Shown piece by piece: positions 27,338 to 42,619 of a stretch of DNA of 64,000 bases. The notes under the pieces were generated by a model. The model ran no database searches and had not been told where the DNA came from. It was given only the letters and a program-made list of their open reading frames with translations. Numbering within the stretch: position 1 is the first letter of the stretch; each line of letters opens with the position of its first letter. Where the stretch lies: NCBI RefSeq assembly GCF_006345805.1, contig NC_042999.1:130820001-130884000 (forward strand). The letters are read 5' to 3'. The stretch is from Octopus sinensis. Taxonomy: Eukaryota. Both the position numbers and the translations under genes were made by a program.

Positions 27338-28629
27338 CTAGATAAAAGAAATAATAGTGGCACTGTTAAATCATCAACAATATGAAATTAAACCTAATGA
27401 AGAATCATCATCACCAACATTTAACGTCAGTTTTCCAATCTGGCATGGGTTGGACAGCTTGACAGGAACTGGCAAGGCCAGGGGCCACACCAGGTTTCTA
27501 GGCTGGATGCCCTTCCAACCATTTTAGAAAGTGTACTGGGTGCTTTTTACATGGTACCAGCACCCACATCAATGCTTTTTACATGGCGCCTTTGTTTTAG
27601 GATCTCAAGAAACTTGGTTTTAAAATCTACTTCATCTACGTTTTAATTTATAAAAGATACCTTTTATAAATTAAAATTTCCAATTTCTACCAATTGATGC
27701 CAGTGCTGGCTGGCTGGTCCTGCCCGGTGGCATGTAAAAAGCACCATTCGAGTGTGGTTGCTGCTAATGCTGTCTGACTGGTTCCTGTACTGGTGGCATG
27801 TAAAAAGCACCATTCAAGCATGGTTGATGCCAGTACCACCTGACTGGCCCTCATCATGCCGGTGGCACATAAAAAGCACCCACTACACTCTCGGAGTGGT
27901 TGGCATTAGGAAAGGCATCCAGCTGTAGAAACTTTGCCAGATCAAATTGGAGCCTGGTGCAGCCTTCTGGCTTGCCAACCCTCAGTCAAACCGTCCAACA
28001 GACGTTAAATGACGATGATGATGATGCTAAAATGAATAGTAAATATGCATTAAATCACAAACATCTGCCTCTATTCTGGTTTCTTAGTCTAACTTCTAGT
28101 TAATTTGTGAAGTTGAAACTTTTGAAATGTAAGTTTTCCTCACTCCAGATTCTATGTGGAAGCCTTTTGGGGAATAAAAAAAAACTTCCCCTTATATTGT
28201 TACCTCCTTTTATATTCCTGTTTCAAATCCTGCTATGGTCATAAAATAAGAAGTAATCAAGTTGTAGAGTCAATATAATCAACACTCACATTTAAGGAAT
28301 GACTCAACTCAACATTTGGCTGCAAAACATTGCCGCATCACAGCAAAACAAACATAACAGAAGAAAAAAGAGCAACATATAGTGAATCAGATCAAATTAT
28401 CAGAGAAGCCCACAATTTATAAAGCATGTATCCAAGTATCTAATGCGTGTGCATCAGGGTGATGCAAAACAACTTATTTCAAAAACTTGAAGACACCCTC
28501 TAATTTTATTTAATTTAGTACATAAACTCAGCATGCAAAATTCAGCGCAATTGAAGACATTTTAGAGGTTGCTACCATCCACTGAACATTTTGTATATTG
28601 TCATTTTTCAGTCTGCATTTATTGTACAT

Positions 28630-29075
28630 TTTCTGTCTCCTTGCCATCATCTACTGGCCCTGACATACAACTGTTCAAGAGATTCACAGCAAAGCAAAGT
28701 GGGTGGACATTGACAAGAATAATTACCAAACAGCAATAGATGACCCTAACATTGCAGAGAAAATCTCAGATGCTGAAGAAATCATTCAATTTGCTCAAGC
28801 TCAGCCTGATGAACAGCAGCCTTGTGATGACTACAAGGAATTGCTCAAGCTAACGCTCCTTTTCTTTGGTAGTACTCTCAAATCAGGAATCAGCTTTAAA
28901 GCACCCAGAGCTTATCACAAAGCATGATGGATGACCAAGCTAATTTACTGCATTAAAATTTGGATATTTAAATCTCAGTTTAAACTAACTGAGAGAGGAA
29001 AAAAGACTGAGAGATGTTTGCTACTTTTCAGTTGCAATACACATCGGATCATGGTACCTGGCATCCATACGCTCA
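28630..29075 (+). pseudogene. DNA transposase fragment, probably hAT superfamily (hATm-like)
   Basis: STGPDIQLFKRF...QPCDDYKELLKL...FKAPRAYHKA*WMTKLIYCIKIWIF matches the GPDIxLFKRF / QPRDDYRELL / PGAxHxARWM pattern; subfamily name is from recall. Confidence 0.6.
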
Positions 29076-29252
29076 TGCAAAGTCAAGTAATTGTCAAGTA
29101 GTGGTGTGGGGATGAACACACGCACACACACACATACAACAAGCTTTCAGTTTTTGTTTACCAAATCCACTCACAAGGTTCTGGTTGGCCTGAGGCTATA
29201 TAGTAGAAGAAACATAGCATCAAACCCATGTGATTGGGAAGCAACCTGTACC

Positions 29253-29298
<46 letters not shown>

Positions 29299-29471
29299 TG
29301 TCCAAAGGGGCATGCACATTAATGTGTGATGGTTTTGACACCGAATAACATCAATTTGCTTGTGCATATACATTGAAAAATAAAAAGAAAACAAATAATA
29401 AAATATATATAATAATTTTAATTACACTAAGACATATATGACATAAGAAATATACTTACTGTCTCTTTTAC

Positions 29472-29558
29472 CTCAGTGGACTGGGTGATAGTTTTGTTTG
29501 AATTATCAATCACTTGGGTACAAACTAAGTGAATTGTGTGCTGACTGCCTTGATCAAA
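29472..29558 (-). CDS. HERPUD2: HERPUD coding exon 3 (end of UBL)
   Basis: polypyrimidine-caag|FDQGSQHTIHLVCTQVIDNSNKTITQSTE|gtaaaa; 87 nt, phase 0-0; HTIHLVC closes the Herp UBL. Confidence 0.88.
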
Positions 29559-30536
29559 CTTGAGGAAAAAAAGAAAACAGAATAAGATTTATATCACAAA
29601 CAAGAATAATTCTATTTTAATACTGATATAAAACCAAAAAAAAACTTAATACACTAGATTTTCCTGATAGGTTCTAAACAATGTTGAAAACAAATAAAAA
29701 GAAGATTACTATTATTTAAAATATTCGTTACTGCTGTATTTTTTACAACTTTGTTATCTTGAAGGCTAACATTAACAAGATCCTAATGGTTTACATTAGA
29801 TCAAGTTATTCCTTCTTGTAACTAAGTTCACTGAAGCTTCACTTCCTGAAGTTACAACACAATATGCTACCTTGAGCCAATGTCATCATCTTCTATGCTT
29901 TCCAATTAATAAAACCAAGTTCAAGGAACTTCTGGTATCTTGCCTCAAATCAACAATCAGGGAAAAAGCTGATAACAGCATCATTAGTACAAAAACAGCA
30001 AGTAAGCAGGCTTACTATAAGTTTCACATGTTGATATTTCAGCATTTAAACCTCATATCAAATTTTCTTGAAACTTTTGCCTAAGTAAATTACTTAAAAA
30101 CTGGTTATCATTCCCATTTCGCAACAGAGAAAGAAACTGACAAAAGAAAAATACCTATAGCTTTCAATTGTTCAAGTATGTCTGTATTTGAAAATCAGAA
30201 CAGAAAAACAAATGACAGCTGTTATTTACTATTTACATTATTTCCATAAATATCTATCATTAATTTTTTAATACCATCAATGGAATGACCATGTGTTTAA
30301 GTTAGATCCATCCTTTAAACAACATACATCTTTTCATATACTTCATTTTTAATCTCACTGCAAATCACATAACACTTCTATTTGCAATTTGAGAACAAGA
30401 AATATAAATTATGTTACAAAATAGCAGCTTCAACAATTCACACAAATTCTCGTGTCTGCATTTAAAAACATAGCACTGAAACTATATTGGAAAGAAAGTA
30501 ATTTAACTAGTATATTTACTTAGGTTGGCAACTTAC

Positions 30537-30614
30537 CTGATGAAATATGTCTTTCAATTTGAGGTGATCCAGAAGAAGCTTTCCAGAATATATCAATCTT
30601 TGCTGCTGTTCACT
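30537..30614 (-). CDS. HERPUD2: HERPUD coding exon 2 (UBL domain)
   Basis: ttacag|SEQQQRLIYSGKLLLDHLKLKDIFHQ|gtaagt; 78 nt, phase 0-0; contains the QRLIYSGKLL UBL motif. Confidence 0.93.
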
Positions 30615-33600
30615 CTGTAATTAATAATGCATAGATCATTAATAAATGAAATGAGGATTTTCATAATGTACAAAAAAACACAAGACTGAGTTATCAATTT
30701 AATTAGGTTGCTGATATTTTACTGCTGTTGGACATTTTCAGTTTGCCCAGATTAATATGTGGGTAGCTAATACAAATACTTAATAGTCAATTGGAAACAC
30801 AATAGACTTTAGTTCTTGATCACTTATCTCACAAGGAACTGCTAAAACAGTAATTAAAAAGCAAAATGGAGACAGTAATAATCAACTATAAGGCTTGTGT
30901 ACAATACTAAAGATGTAGCCTAACATTAAATATAAAAACAAGCCAATAAGACTTGTAAAACATCTAAACCTGTAAGAGATTTTAACGGCCAGGGCTTGGT
31001 TTCAATTCTCATAGTATTAAAGGAGAAATAAATTCCCCTTAGATACAATGTTGGTTTCAAATTTTGCCACATGGTTAGAAATTTCAGGGGAGGGACTAAG
31101 CCAATTACATGGATCCCAGTGCTCAACTGATCATTATTTTATTAACCCTAAAAGGATGAAAGGCTAAGTCAACAGCAGCAGAATCTGAATGCAGAACAGA
31201 CAGATGACATGCCACTAAGCATTTTGCCTGGCATGCAAATGATTCTGCTAGCTTGCTACCTTATATTGGTCTATAATATTACCAAATATCATAAAACCTA
31301 ATTCAGGCAGGTTGGTTAAACGAAAAGCATAATATTAAGAGCAATTCTAAAGTGCACAAAGCTGGCTACAGCCGTTGCCAGTACCGCCTGACTGGCCCTC
31401 GTGCCGGTGACACGTAAAAGCACCCACTACACTCTTGGAGTGGTTGGCATTAGGAAAGGCATCCAGCTGTAGAAACTTTACCAGATCAGATTGGAGCCTG
31501 GTGCAGCCATCTGGTTCGCCAGTCCTCAGTCAAATCGTCCAACCCATGCTAGCATGGAAAGCGGACATTAAACGATGATGACGATGACATCTGATGGCTC
31601 AGTTTAGGCTCTATATTAGAAAGAATACATGCAATGTGGGAAGAAATAGCTACATTCATTTTATCATTTGGTGTTGAAAAATTTTTGAATATCAAACAGA
31701 AAAAAGCATCAGGTAACATACTAATTGTTGCATCTGTCACAACATAAATGCCAACTTGGATAAAATGAACTTAATCTTTAGTTCTGTTTTACTATTATTA
31801 CCTTCATTTTACATATAACTCAATAGATGAATGTGGTTTAACACCAACTCAAAGACTTTATTTCTAGTTTCTGAGCAGAAAAGAGCTGCAGATCCCTGCT
31901 CAACATGCTTGCTCCACCAGCAGCCAAATCGCTCACAATTGACACCATACTGTCTTAAAACTTATTTAGTTCAAAATACACAATACCCAAAGAAACTGGA
32001 ATGTCTTTGATCATAGGTCTGCTCATTAAAACCTAGTTTATGCTAAAGAGCAACAATGGTGCTGCAATGAAAAGAAAGCAATTATGGAAAATTCCCTTTG
32101 ATCAACTGCCCATTGTTGTCTGGTAAGTCAGGCAAGTGGGATACATTATCCAAATAAGCATTCTTCAGTCTTGGACATAAAATTTCATAAAAATTTTCAG
32201 CATTTATCAACCCAAAAATTGGATGAAATAATATTTTCCATCACTTCTAGACACCACTAAAACCATTTCTATTGACAATTGATTTTGTTTTGTAAAAATA
32301 CGGCAGAAAGAGAGATAGAAATGAGAGGGAAGGAAAAAAGAAAAGAAATGTTTTTAGAATTTCTGCTTCTTTCTGGAAAGTGTGATCATGAGTTTTAAAA
32401 CCTGAGAAATGGTAAACAGATGATAAAAGAAGTACATTACAATGGGAATGTTTTATAAAACCAAGCGACATTTGTGAAAAGAAAGAGCTAAGTAGACAGA
32501 ACATCTGAAATGTTTAGTTGTTTATTCTACCAATCTTGCAAATAGTCAGATGCAGACTTTCCCAGGAATTCAAAAATAGAAGGCCAGACTGGCTAAACAC
32601 TAGCAAACAAAGTCAACTTTCCCACAACGGACATATTGGATAATATATTGTGAAAAAAAAATGCATGTATAGAAATAAGACTTTGGGATTCTTGATCAGA
32701 GAAATAGAAATACTACATACACAATCAGCAGTTATTTATATTTAACTTGAAAACTATTTAAACCATTTCAAAGTTAGTAAGGCATTAGATGAGATAAATT
32801 CGTATTTAATATAAATAAAAAAAAATTTAAATAAACATTATCCTGTGACTTGCTTCTAGTAGTACTTGTGTTGATATCACAGAAAAGCTATTCAATATGC
32901 ACAATAAATTTTTTATCAAACAAATCCTTACGCAATTAATATCCAACTTAACTCATTACTCTTATATTTTCTTCTCATTTAATTCTCAGAAACAAACTTA
33001 CAATCTTCTCTTGTCTTACCCTCTGATTCAGTTTTAATACAACACCTACTTGCTCTCATATTTCATACCCGAGTCATTTATATGCTAGGAACAATGAAAG
33101 TCACTCCAACTGCAATTTGCACTTTACTGTTTCTGTAAAACCAGTGTTCTAAATTAGCATATCTCAAAGAAAGTAAAAAGACACCAAATATTCATTCTAT
33201 TTTAATAATTAACACAAAACTCAAAGAATTCAGAAATTTACATCATATGAATGTCCATAGTGGAAGTATGAAATGCAGAAGCTTTCATGTAAAGGTAAAG
33301 TTACCTTTTCAAATCATACTGACTCACAAGGGCCAGTTTCTCAGTTTCATGGCATATATATTCCCCATCTAAATGGCATTTCTCATTTTTGCCAGTTGAG
33401 TGGACTGGAACAACGTGGAATGAAGTGTTTTGCTCAAGAACACAATGCATCACCTGGTTCAGGAATCAAAGCCACAATCTTACAATCATGAGTCTAACAC
33501 CCTAACTACTAAGCCATGTGCATCATACACCTTGATCCTGCATCATATCACCATTCACAAGTCCACTAAATACTTTTCCCCAAATATTCTTTAGTTTATC

Positions 33601-36600
33601 AGTACAGTAGATTCCAACTACCAACCAAAGCCCATCATATATATGAATATATCCATAAGTGTTTGTGTGTTTGTCTTTGTGTTCATTCTACCACTACCAC
33701 TTGACAACCACCATTTGTTTACATCCTTGTAACTTTGTGGTTAAGCAAAAGAGACTAATAGAATAAGTGTTAGGCTATATAAAAACAAAAAAAAAAGGAC
33801 TAGGGTCAATCCATTTGACTAGAACCCTGCAAGGCTATACCCCAGCATGGCTGCAATCAAACAACTGAAACAAGTAAAAGTTAAAAGATTAAACATTGCA
33901 TTTATTTTTCATCACAATTGAACAACAGGGTTGTTGGTTGTGTTTCCAACAAGCCAGTCACTAGTTCTTTTCATGTCTAGCAATCTCACTATAGAAGAAA
34001 TATCTCAAGGGATTTAGTTCATAAAACACTAGTTTTCTTGTTTACATCCCTCACTGAAAGATGTACACATATATACTATGATCAGTGGTTTTATTTGTTT
34101 ACATCATACAAACATGTATGCGCACACATATATGACACAGTTATGACTGTGTGGTTAAGAAGTTTGCTTCACACCACCCAGGCCAACTAAAGCCTCACCT
34201 GTAGATTTTGATTCACAGATTTGTGTGTGTGCATGCATGCATGTGTGCATTTGTATCCCCTAGTCTTGGCATTGGTCACTAAATTGTAAAAAGATATTAC
34301 TGTCAAAGAAATAATCTTGTTCATCTGCAATCTTCTGTGAAACATGTCTGGCCAATTTGATGTTTGTGTTCAAAGGACTCAGGGAACAACTAGCTTGCTT
34401 TGAAACAGTTCAGCTTTGGTGACAGAGAGAGCATCCAGCCATAGTAAAATGTGCCTCGATGAATTTCATCTGACTTGTATGCACCTGGAATGTTTTTACT
34501 GAACATTCAATGGGCTATATTCAACAGCAATCAAATGCTACACATCATTATATATCTCTATTATATATCACTATTGCATCTCACATATTCCATTTGGTTG
34601 GTTTTCATATAGAGAATCATTTACCAGTACCAAAAATAATGATTATTTGAATTCCTTCTATTTCCCTTCAACCTTAGCAACTCTGTGATCATTTCCTGTG
34701 ATAATTATTATGTCAACTCAGTAATACAAACCTACTACTATTAATAAACCATCAATATTGTTCTTGCTTTGCAGTTAGTAGCCATTCATGGACTAGAGCA
34801 ACAGTTCCCAAAATGTAAAAACAAAATAATGGGCTAATTAGGTTAAGTTTTGTTTATGAAATACAGTTGCTTAGAATTTGATTCAGAAAGAGAGTTTGTG
34901 TTTGTGATGGTGAGTTGAGTGGGGTGCATTAGAAATGAGGCAGCTCAAAAACGTTTAGGAGTCAGGAAACCACTGAACTAGAGCAACTAAAAGCCTAGCT
35001 GCTTGACAGTTAATCAGAGGTCCATTTGCATGTTTTATGCATTTATTGTTTATATGGATTATATAATACCATATAACTGCTGGCTCTCTTTCAGGATGTC
35101 ATCCACTGCCATTTCTATGATGCTATTCAGGCCTTCACACTTAACTAGTAACCTTATTTTTAAACCTTTTGACTAAAATTAGTGATAATTAGTTCCACAC
35201 CCTCTCTCTCTCTCTTTCGGAGAGGCACAAGCACCTACACGCACATATACACACACAGCAGTAATAGTTATTGTACTGATTCTACAATGAAGGCTAAATC
35301 ATTAGCATAAAGAAGATTCCAGAAGTATCCAGTTATGAACACTTGTATGAAGAACTCCAGGATTTAGAAGAGAATATGTTGTTGGACACCCAAGAAGCAC
35401 ACAGACAGTATTAAACTTAATTTTGGTTTTATTTTGACCTAAACAGCTTCTTTTGTGAGCCACACTAACTGTATGAAACAAAGAATGTTGAAGTTCATTT
35501 TGGCACACTGCGCACAGACATTTTTTGATGAACCAATGAAAGAGCAAAAAATAACTCAACTTGTTAGAAACTGCAGCTAAATCTGCTTCAAATTACACTT
35601 ATGATCTTAAAAAAAATATATATCTGATAATGTAGTAATAAATACTCTGTGTTCACAAAAAAAAACAGACAGAATGGATGTGGCTGAAACAACTTTAAAT
35701 CATATCTGTTCAATTAGGGCTGACATGGGGATAAGTAGTAGCAGCAACATTTGATGGACAAATAAATTATTATTATAAATGTTTTGAAGAGAATTATACC
35801 ACTACTGAATTAGTGACTGCAACAAAGCCATTATAAATGTCTCAACACAAAGATCCCAATTATGTAACTACTCATACAGAAATCAACTCATACAAGCAAA
35901 AAGAACCAAGCTATCATCATGTCAAGTCACAGAACGCTACTTTTAAATAAACTGTCTTAACCCCTTTAACTTTTAAACCAGTTGTATCCAGCCCAAATAT
36001 TCTACCAGTTTTATGTTCAAACTGGCCAGATCCGGCCTCTTCTCACATCTATCCTATTGTGTTATTCTAAAAATAAACAAGCATATCATTGAAATTTTGA
36101 AGCAACATGATAATGTATGACTAATTCAAAACAATGGAAATAAAGAAGTATTACATTTGACAGAGAAATCTGAATATTAAAGGGTCAAATTATGATAAAA
36201 AGTAAACAAGTAACTAAGTCATAGTTGAACAAAACTTTTATAGGGAATATTTATGCAGTTACTCAACCTACTAAAAAACAGCAAGCATAAAGCTCTCGCG
36301 CCACCAGCTACTGACTTAATGAGACATATTGGTTATTTAGTTATGAATGTACTCTGACTAAAAAGGTGGAATGGTAACAGCTGGAACATTTTTGATCAAA
36401 GACCTGCTCAATATGGTTGGTTGATGTGGGTCTAAACGACATGTATTTAATTTTATCCTGCTTTTTTATATGATGGCTTGCTTAAAACAAAACTTTATAA
36501 TTAACTGACTAGAGAAATACTATCTTGGATCAAACAGCTGTTACATTACTTTATAACTTTAAACGCTCTGAAATTTTAAATCGAAACTGGCTGATACATT

Positions 36601-37325
36601 AATCAAAAGGAATAATACCTTAACATACATTCGAGGAAATTGAAATCGATCAAAAATTCAATGGAAATTGTAGTTGTGATACCAGTGCTGGTGGCACATA
36701 AAAAGCACCATCCGAACGTGGCCATTGCCAGTGCCGCCTCAACTGGCTTCCGTGCCAGAGGCACATAAAAAGCACCAACCGATCGTGGCCGTTGCCAGCC
36801 TCGCCTGGTACCTTTGCCGGTGGCACGTAAAAAGCATTCACTACACTCACGGAGTGGTTGGCATTAGGAAAGGCATCCAGCTGTAGAAACACTGCCAGAT
36901 CAGATGGAGCCTGGTGCAGCTTCCTGGCTTCCCAGACCCCGGTCGAACCTTCCAACCCATGCTAGCATGGAAAACGGACGTTAAACAATGATGATGACGA
37001 TTCCTAAATGGGAAAGTAGACACTAAACCAGTAGAGATGAAAAAATGTATTTCTGCACAGTTTCTCTTTGAATGAACAACAGACAAGCTTATATTGTTTC
37101 CTACAACAATATTCTTTTGTAATACACTATTAAAAGCAGTTATAATATTCTAATCAAAACATTACAAAGAATAGAATGTTTCCTTATTCAAATGAAAAGG
37201 CAATGCTCTGTCTATTTTTATTCTCACTCACCCTATATATATGTATATATATGGCAAATGAAAGATAGAAGATGGAATATACAAGAATTTATTATCAATC
37301 ACAACAATCTATATGTATCTATCTA

Positions 37326-37369
<44 letters not shown>

Positions 37370-38050
37370 CACACACATACATATATATTTAAATATCTAC
37401 CTGTCAACATATCTCTGTCTCTCTCTACATATGTATATGCTTTTCTAATTTGTCTATCTATCTATTATAATCAAAATAAGCAACAAGGATATATATATAT
37501 ACTTATCTGTGTGTGTATATATATACTTATCTATCTATCTACATATATATATATATATATGTATATACTTATCTATCTATCTATATATATACATATATAT
37601 ATATGTATATATATATACACACACACACATACCTATCTATATATTGGGTCATCCTATAAATAATGCAGTTTTTTCACTTGCATGAACTAAAAGTGGGATG
37701 GGGGATGGGATAAGCTACCTGCATCACACTCTAATGATCTTACCTACCCATTCATCCTGTCCAATCCTGTGGACCATTTCTCTAATATTCTCCTTCCTGT
37801 AACTTGACGGGTATATGCTGACACCTCTGCACTATCTTCTCTCCTTTTCCAACTATGGTTGCCACATATCTCCTCTACTGCAAGACACCTATCTCTATCC
37901 CTCTATCATATTTTAACTCTCATTAAGTGGTTGGCATCCAGCCACAAAAATCATACAAAAGACACTGGAGCTTGGCACAATTTTCTAATTCATCAGCTTG
38001 TACCAAACAATCCAACCCATGCCAGCATGGAAAATGGATGTTAAATGACA

Positions 38051-38093
<43 letters not shown>

Positions 38094-38101
<8 letters not shown>

Positions 38102-39290
38102 GATCCCATAAATAACGTGTTTTTTTCAATTGCATGAACTAAAAGTCAGAGGGAAACAGGATAAACTACCTGCATCAACTTGCTATAAAAGCAGATAGTA
38201 ATTTTACATTATTCTTAGTGCAAGTTTTGATGAGTGCAGTTTGATTTTAACAGTTTTTTTTTTCAAATCTATAATGGAAGTGACAAAGGAGAGTATTCAG
38301 CATATTTTGCTTTAAGAGTTCAATAAAGGCAACAATGTAATGGAAAGTGCGAAGAATATTAATGCAGTATATGGGGATCAGAAAATAAGTATAAGCCAGT
38401 GTCAACTTTGTTTCTAGAAATTCCTGAGCCAGAATCTACAGCCTGGAAGAAGAGCCTCATCCTGGAAGATCTGTAGAACTCAACGAGGATGTCCTGCAAA
38501 ATTTGGTGGAACAAAATCCCATTGTAACTGTTGAGGAACTAGTAGAGAAGCTTAGATTTGGTCATTTAACCATTCATCGATACCTGTGTCATCGGAAAAG
38601 TCAGCAAATTGGGTCAATGGGTTCTTCACAAACTTTCCAAGTCTAATCACGCACAGAGAGTGAATGTGTGCTCTTCTTTGCTGTTGCATCTCACCAATGA
38701 ACCTTTTTGGGACCAAATAGTGACTGGTGATGAGAAATGGGTTTTCTATAAAAATGTCAAGCACCAAAGACAGTGCGTAGGGATAGGAGAAATACTGGCA
38801 CCCCAGGTGAAAGGTCTTCACCCATATAAGGTGTTGGTATTTGTTAGGTGGGATATGAAAGGTTTAGTCCACTTTGAACTTTTAAACCCAAAGCGAACAA
38901 TAACAAAGGAGATCTACTGCAAGCAGCTTGAGTGGCTTAAGTCAGCACTAGAAGAAAAACAACTATCTTTGGTTTCAAGATGAAAGGTGTTCTTTCATCA
39001 GGATAATGCTCAGCCACATACAGCAAGGATGACATTCCAAAGGCTGGAGTGGTGTGAATGGGGAAACAATGCCCTACCCACCATATTCACTGGACATTGC
39101 CCCATCTGATTATCATTTATTCTAGTCTTCAAAATCATTTGGATGGAAAAAAATATGAATTCTGCAGACAAGATCAGAACAGTACTGGAAGAGTATTCTT
39201 CATCACGGACAAGTGAATTTTGGAAGAGGAGCCTTTCAAGTCTACCAGAAAGATGGAAGAGCATTGTAGAAAATGAAATGCATCAATGAA
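38094..39290 (+). mobile_element. Decayed mariner (DD34D) element
   Basis: MEVTKESIQHILL*EF start at 38273; IVTGDEKW, HQDNAQPH and YSLDIAPSDYHLF motifs; stops and frameshifts. Its 5' terminal sequence is repeated as a fragment at about 37643-37730. Confidence 0.9.
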
Positions 39291-39559
39291 AACAAACACC
39301 ACATGATGGATGTTGTTTTCCACACTTGATTTTGACAAATGTTAATTCAATATGAACACATTGATGTTAATAAAATTTGTTTGTAGATAAAATTAATGAT
39401 TTTGTGAATTTTTCAAAAACGACCGTCCTCTCTGCCTCAACCTATATATATATATATATATATATACACCTACCTATCTATCTATATATACCTACCTATC
39501 TATATATATATATTATATATATATATACCTATATATATATACATATGTGTGTGTGTGTG

Positions 39560-42520
39560 TGTGTTTCCCAAACTTTTCATGCCAAATTGCAATATCGCCC
39601 ACCTATCAGCCAAAAAATGCTCCATCACCCACCTATGTAAAAAATACCTGAAACCCCTCCCCCACAAAATACCCCAGGACCTCCTTTGTATCCTTTGACA
39701 CACACACTATATCATAAACTCGTTGCTCTGTTAGTGCCATTTGTACTAAATATGAGGTTATTTACAAATCCCTTATTGTAGGTTTAGTTTTACCATTAGT
39801 GTGAATGAAATTCTAACATTAACTCTATATTTTTCAAACAGATTAACTTCAGGAAACTTGTGCTTTCTTTTACGCTGATTTTCATTTTCTCCAAATGAAC
39901 CATTGATCAAAACTATCAATGCTAAAATAATTAATGACTGTATTATAAAGGAAAAAAAAAAAAACTTTTTAATGACAACCATACGCAATGCAGCTAGTGC
40001 AGATACATTCAGTTTCAAACTTGTCAACTTTAGCCGCAAGTCCCCTTGTTGTATCACATCCAGTCCAATTCTTTTATAGGAAAGTAAAGTTCCAACATAG
40101 TTAAAACCAGATTCAACCTGGTGTGAGGTAGGGAAGGCAAGCAAAAGTAATTTCAGATGTTTCCACAGACTGGGATAGGAATTCAATATACTCTAATGGT
40201 ACCTCAAATCTTTGCCATTATGGCGATATCGCATTCTGGCATCATTGTCATTTTGTAATTTTATCAATTCCTCCTGAACTACATCCTCACAATCAACTGC
40301 ATCAACCTCAAACAGATTGCTATACCAATTTGGAATATTCAGCACAATAACATCTTGAAATCGCTCCACAATGTTATCGTGCAATGATTGTAAATAGTTA
40401 CAATATGTAGTTAAATTCTAATCAACTAAATCATCTTTCAAAGAATCAAGTTGTGGAAATTGATGGAATTGACGTTTAGAAATGTTAGTCTTATACAACA
40501 CCAATTTCGAAATGAAGGTAATCATAAATGATTTACAATCAATGAGAGTTTTTCTGTTTCCTTGCAATAACTTATTCAAATCATTTAATTTTGTGAACAT
40601 ATCACTAGGCAATAAGATATTGCACCTTGCAACCATCAATGAAGTGGATAGTGGACTATCTTCAAAGAAAGATATGATTATATGAAACAGTTCAACAAAG
40701 CGTAAAATACAGTTTCCTTTTGAAGCCACCAAACTTCGGTATAGTATAGGAGTTTAGTATAGTCCTCATCATTTCTCAGAGTTGACGGAAAATTCAATCA
40801 GACAAGAGACTGGACTTCAATTTGTTCAGTCTTGATAACTAACTGTAGTGCATATTCAACCTACTGTTCATAGTTTTTGCCACTAAATGCTGCCTGTGTG
40901 CCAAGCAATGAACAGTTAGTATCTGGTGGGAAATTTCACGCTTTAAGAGAGATGAAAAAACTTTGTCTTCCTCTCATCGAAGGGGCTCCATCAGACACAC
41001 AAGCAAGAATATTACTGAGTGGGATATTATATTCAAAAAGGAAAGACTTGAGTGTGTGAAAAATAGTTGCACCTCTTGAATCAAACAACAATTTCTCTGT
41101 GAACAGCATTTCCTCACAAGGTTGAAGGACTTTGCTGAAATACCGAACATACACTATCAACAAACATTGATTGTCCACAACAGTTGACTCATCCACTTGT
41201 ATAGAAAATTCAGAACGCTGGAGAATATTAATGAGCTGATGTTTGCCATTGTTGGCCGTTTCATCGATGCTTCAAGAAATTGTGCTATTACTAAGTGGGA
41301 TCTTCTTCATAATGTTATCGAGTTTTTGTGCATAATAGTTGACAAAACCTCTTTGATAACTGGGCGAAGTAATGTTTCTTCAATTGTGTGAGACTTCCCA
41401 GACTTAGCAACAAGCCATGCAATATTGTACAATGCAATCAACCCATCATTCTCCTGTTTACTAGCTTCCTGGAGTAGCGTGTTGAATGTTTGTATTTGCT
41501 TTTTGAAAGAAGAACTCAGTTGCAAAAAGTATGATAACGGCTTGTCCTTGTCAGAATGCTTTGCTTCAAAGTGATACTTCAAGTGTGAAGGTTTCATTGC
41601 TTCGTTGGTCAATGTTTGATGGCAAAGAAGTCACATTGGTAACTGACAGTTCCGAGGAGAGGGAATAAATCCAAACAATAAATAATCACTACTCTACTGT
41701 TGACAAATTTTCTTGACCGGAGGCATCAGTAAAGTGAAAACGAATTTCCACGGACAGCGTCAGAAAGGCAGTATGGTATTCCCAAAGAGGAGAAGACAAT
41801 AGAGCAGAGTCAGACGACACGTCTTTACTGGAGTAAATACAGATCTAGTTCGTTTGGTTGCCAGCATTTCAAAAATTAAAGTTTATCGAAAATTTTAAAA
41901 TTTGGCACATTAATGTAACTTTCCAAGCTAAATTGCTGGAGTTATTCACCTTTTTCCAAAAGCTGTTTTAAAAAAGTTATAGAGGTTTAAAATTTGATCA
42001 TTTTCACCCAGTCAAGAAACACGATTTCAAAACTGTCATTTTGTCAACATCCTGAAAATAGCACTTATGTTTTGATATGAAACTGTAGAGCTACACACAA
42101 CATATACCCCTAAATAACTATTTTATTTTTCAGGGTTTTCAGGAAATTTTTGCGAATTTGAATTCTATACACAGGACTTCATACAATTATGCAAAAAAAA
42201 AAAATTTGTAGTGGAGTGTGATTTAAAGCCTAGGCCTATTTAGCTGCTATTTTTAGCATGCATGACAACCTTCTCAATGACTGTGACAAAACTATTTGAT
42301 TAATGAACAAGTCCACTTTTTTAATACAAAGAAACATCTCATGTGAGTAGTCAAATCGATAAAAGTGCATCGTTTATTCTAGGCCTGCCTAGATACTAGT
42401 AAATGCAGACTAAATTTCTAAAAATTCATTGTCACCCACAAAATGCTCATATCGCCAGCCAAAATCTCAAATCGTTCACCATTTTCTAGAAATTTGCCCA
42501 TCGCCCACTTTGGGAAGCTA
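39560..42520 (-). mobile_element. Decayed hAT (Buster/Charlie-like) transposon
   Basis: NEAMKPSHLKYHFEAKH, DESTVVD...LLIVYVRY, SDGAPSM, VASKGNCILRF and LLLAFPTSHQVESGF fragments at 41612-40000; ends gtgtttcccaaac (about 39562) and tttgggaagc (about 42515) with ATCGCCC subterminal repeats. Confidence 0.8.
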
Positions 42521-42619
42521 TCTACGTGTGTGTGTGTGTATACATATATATATATATATATATAGATGTATATATATATGTATGTATATATATCTATCTA
42601 TCTTTCTTTCTATTTATAT

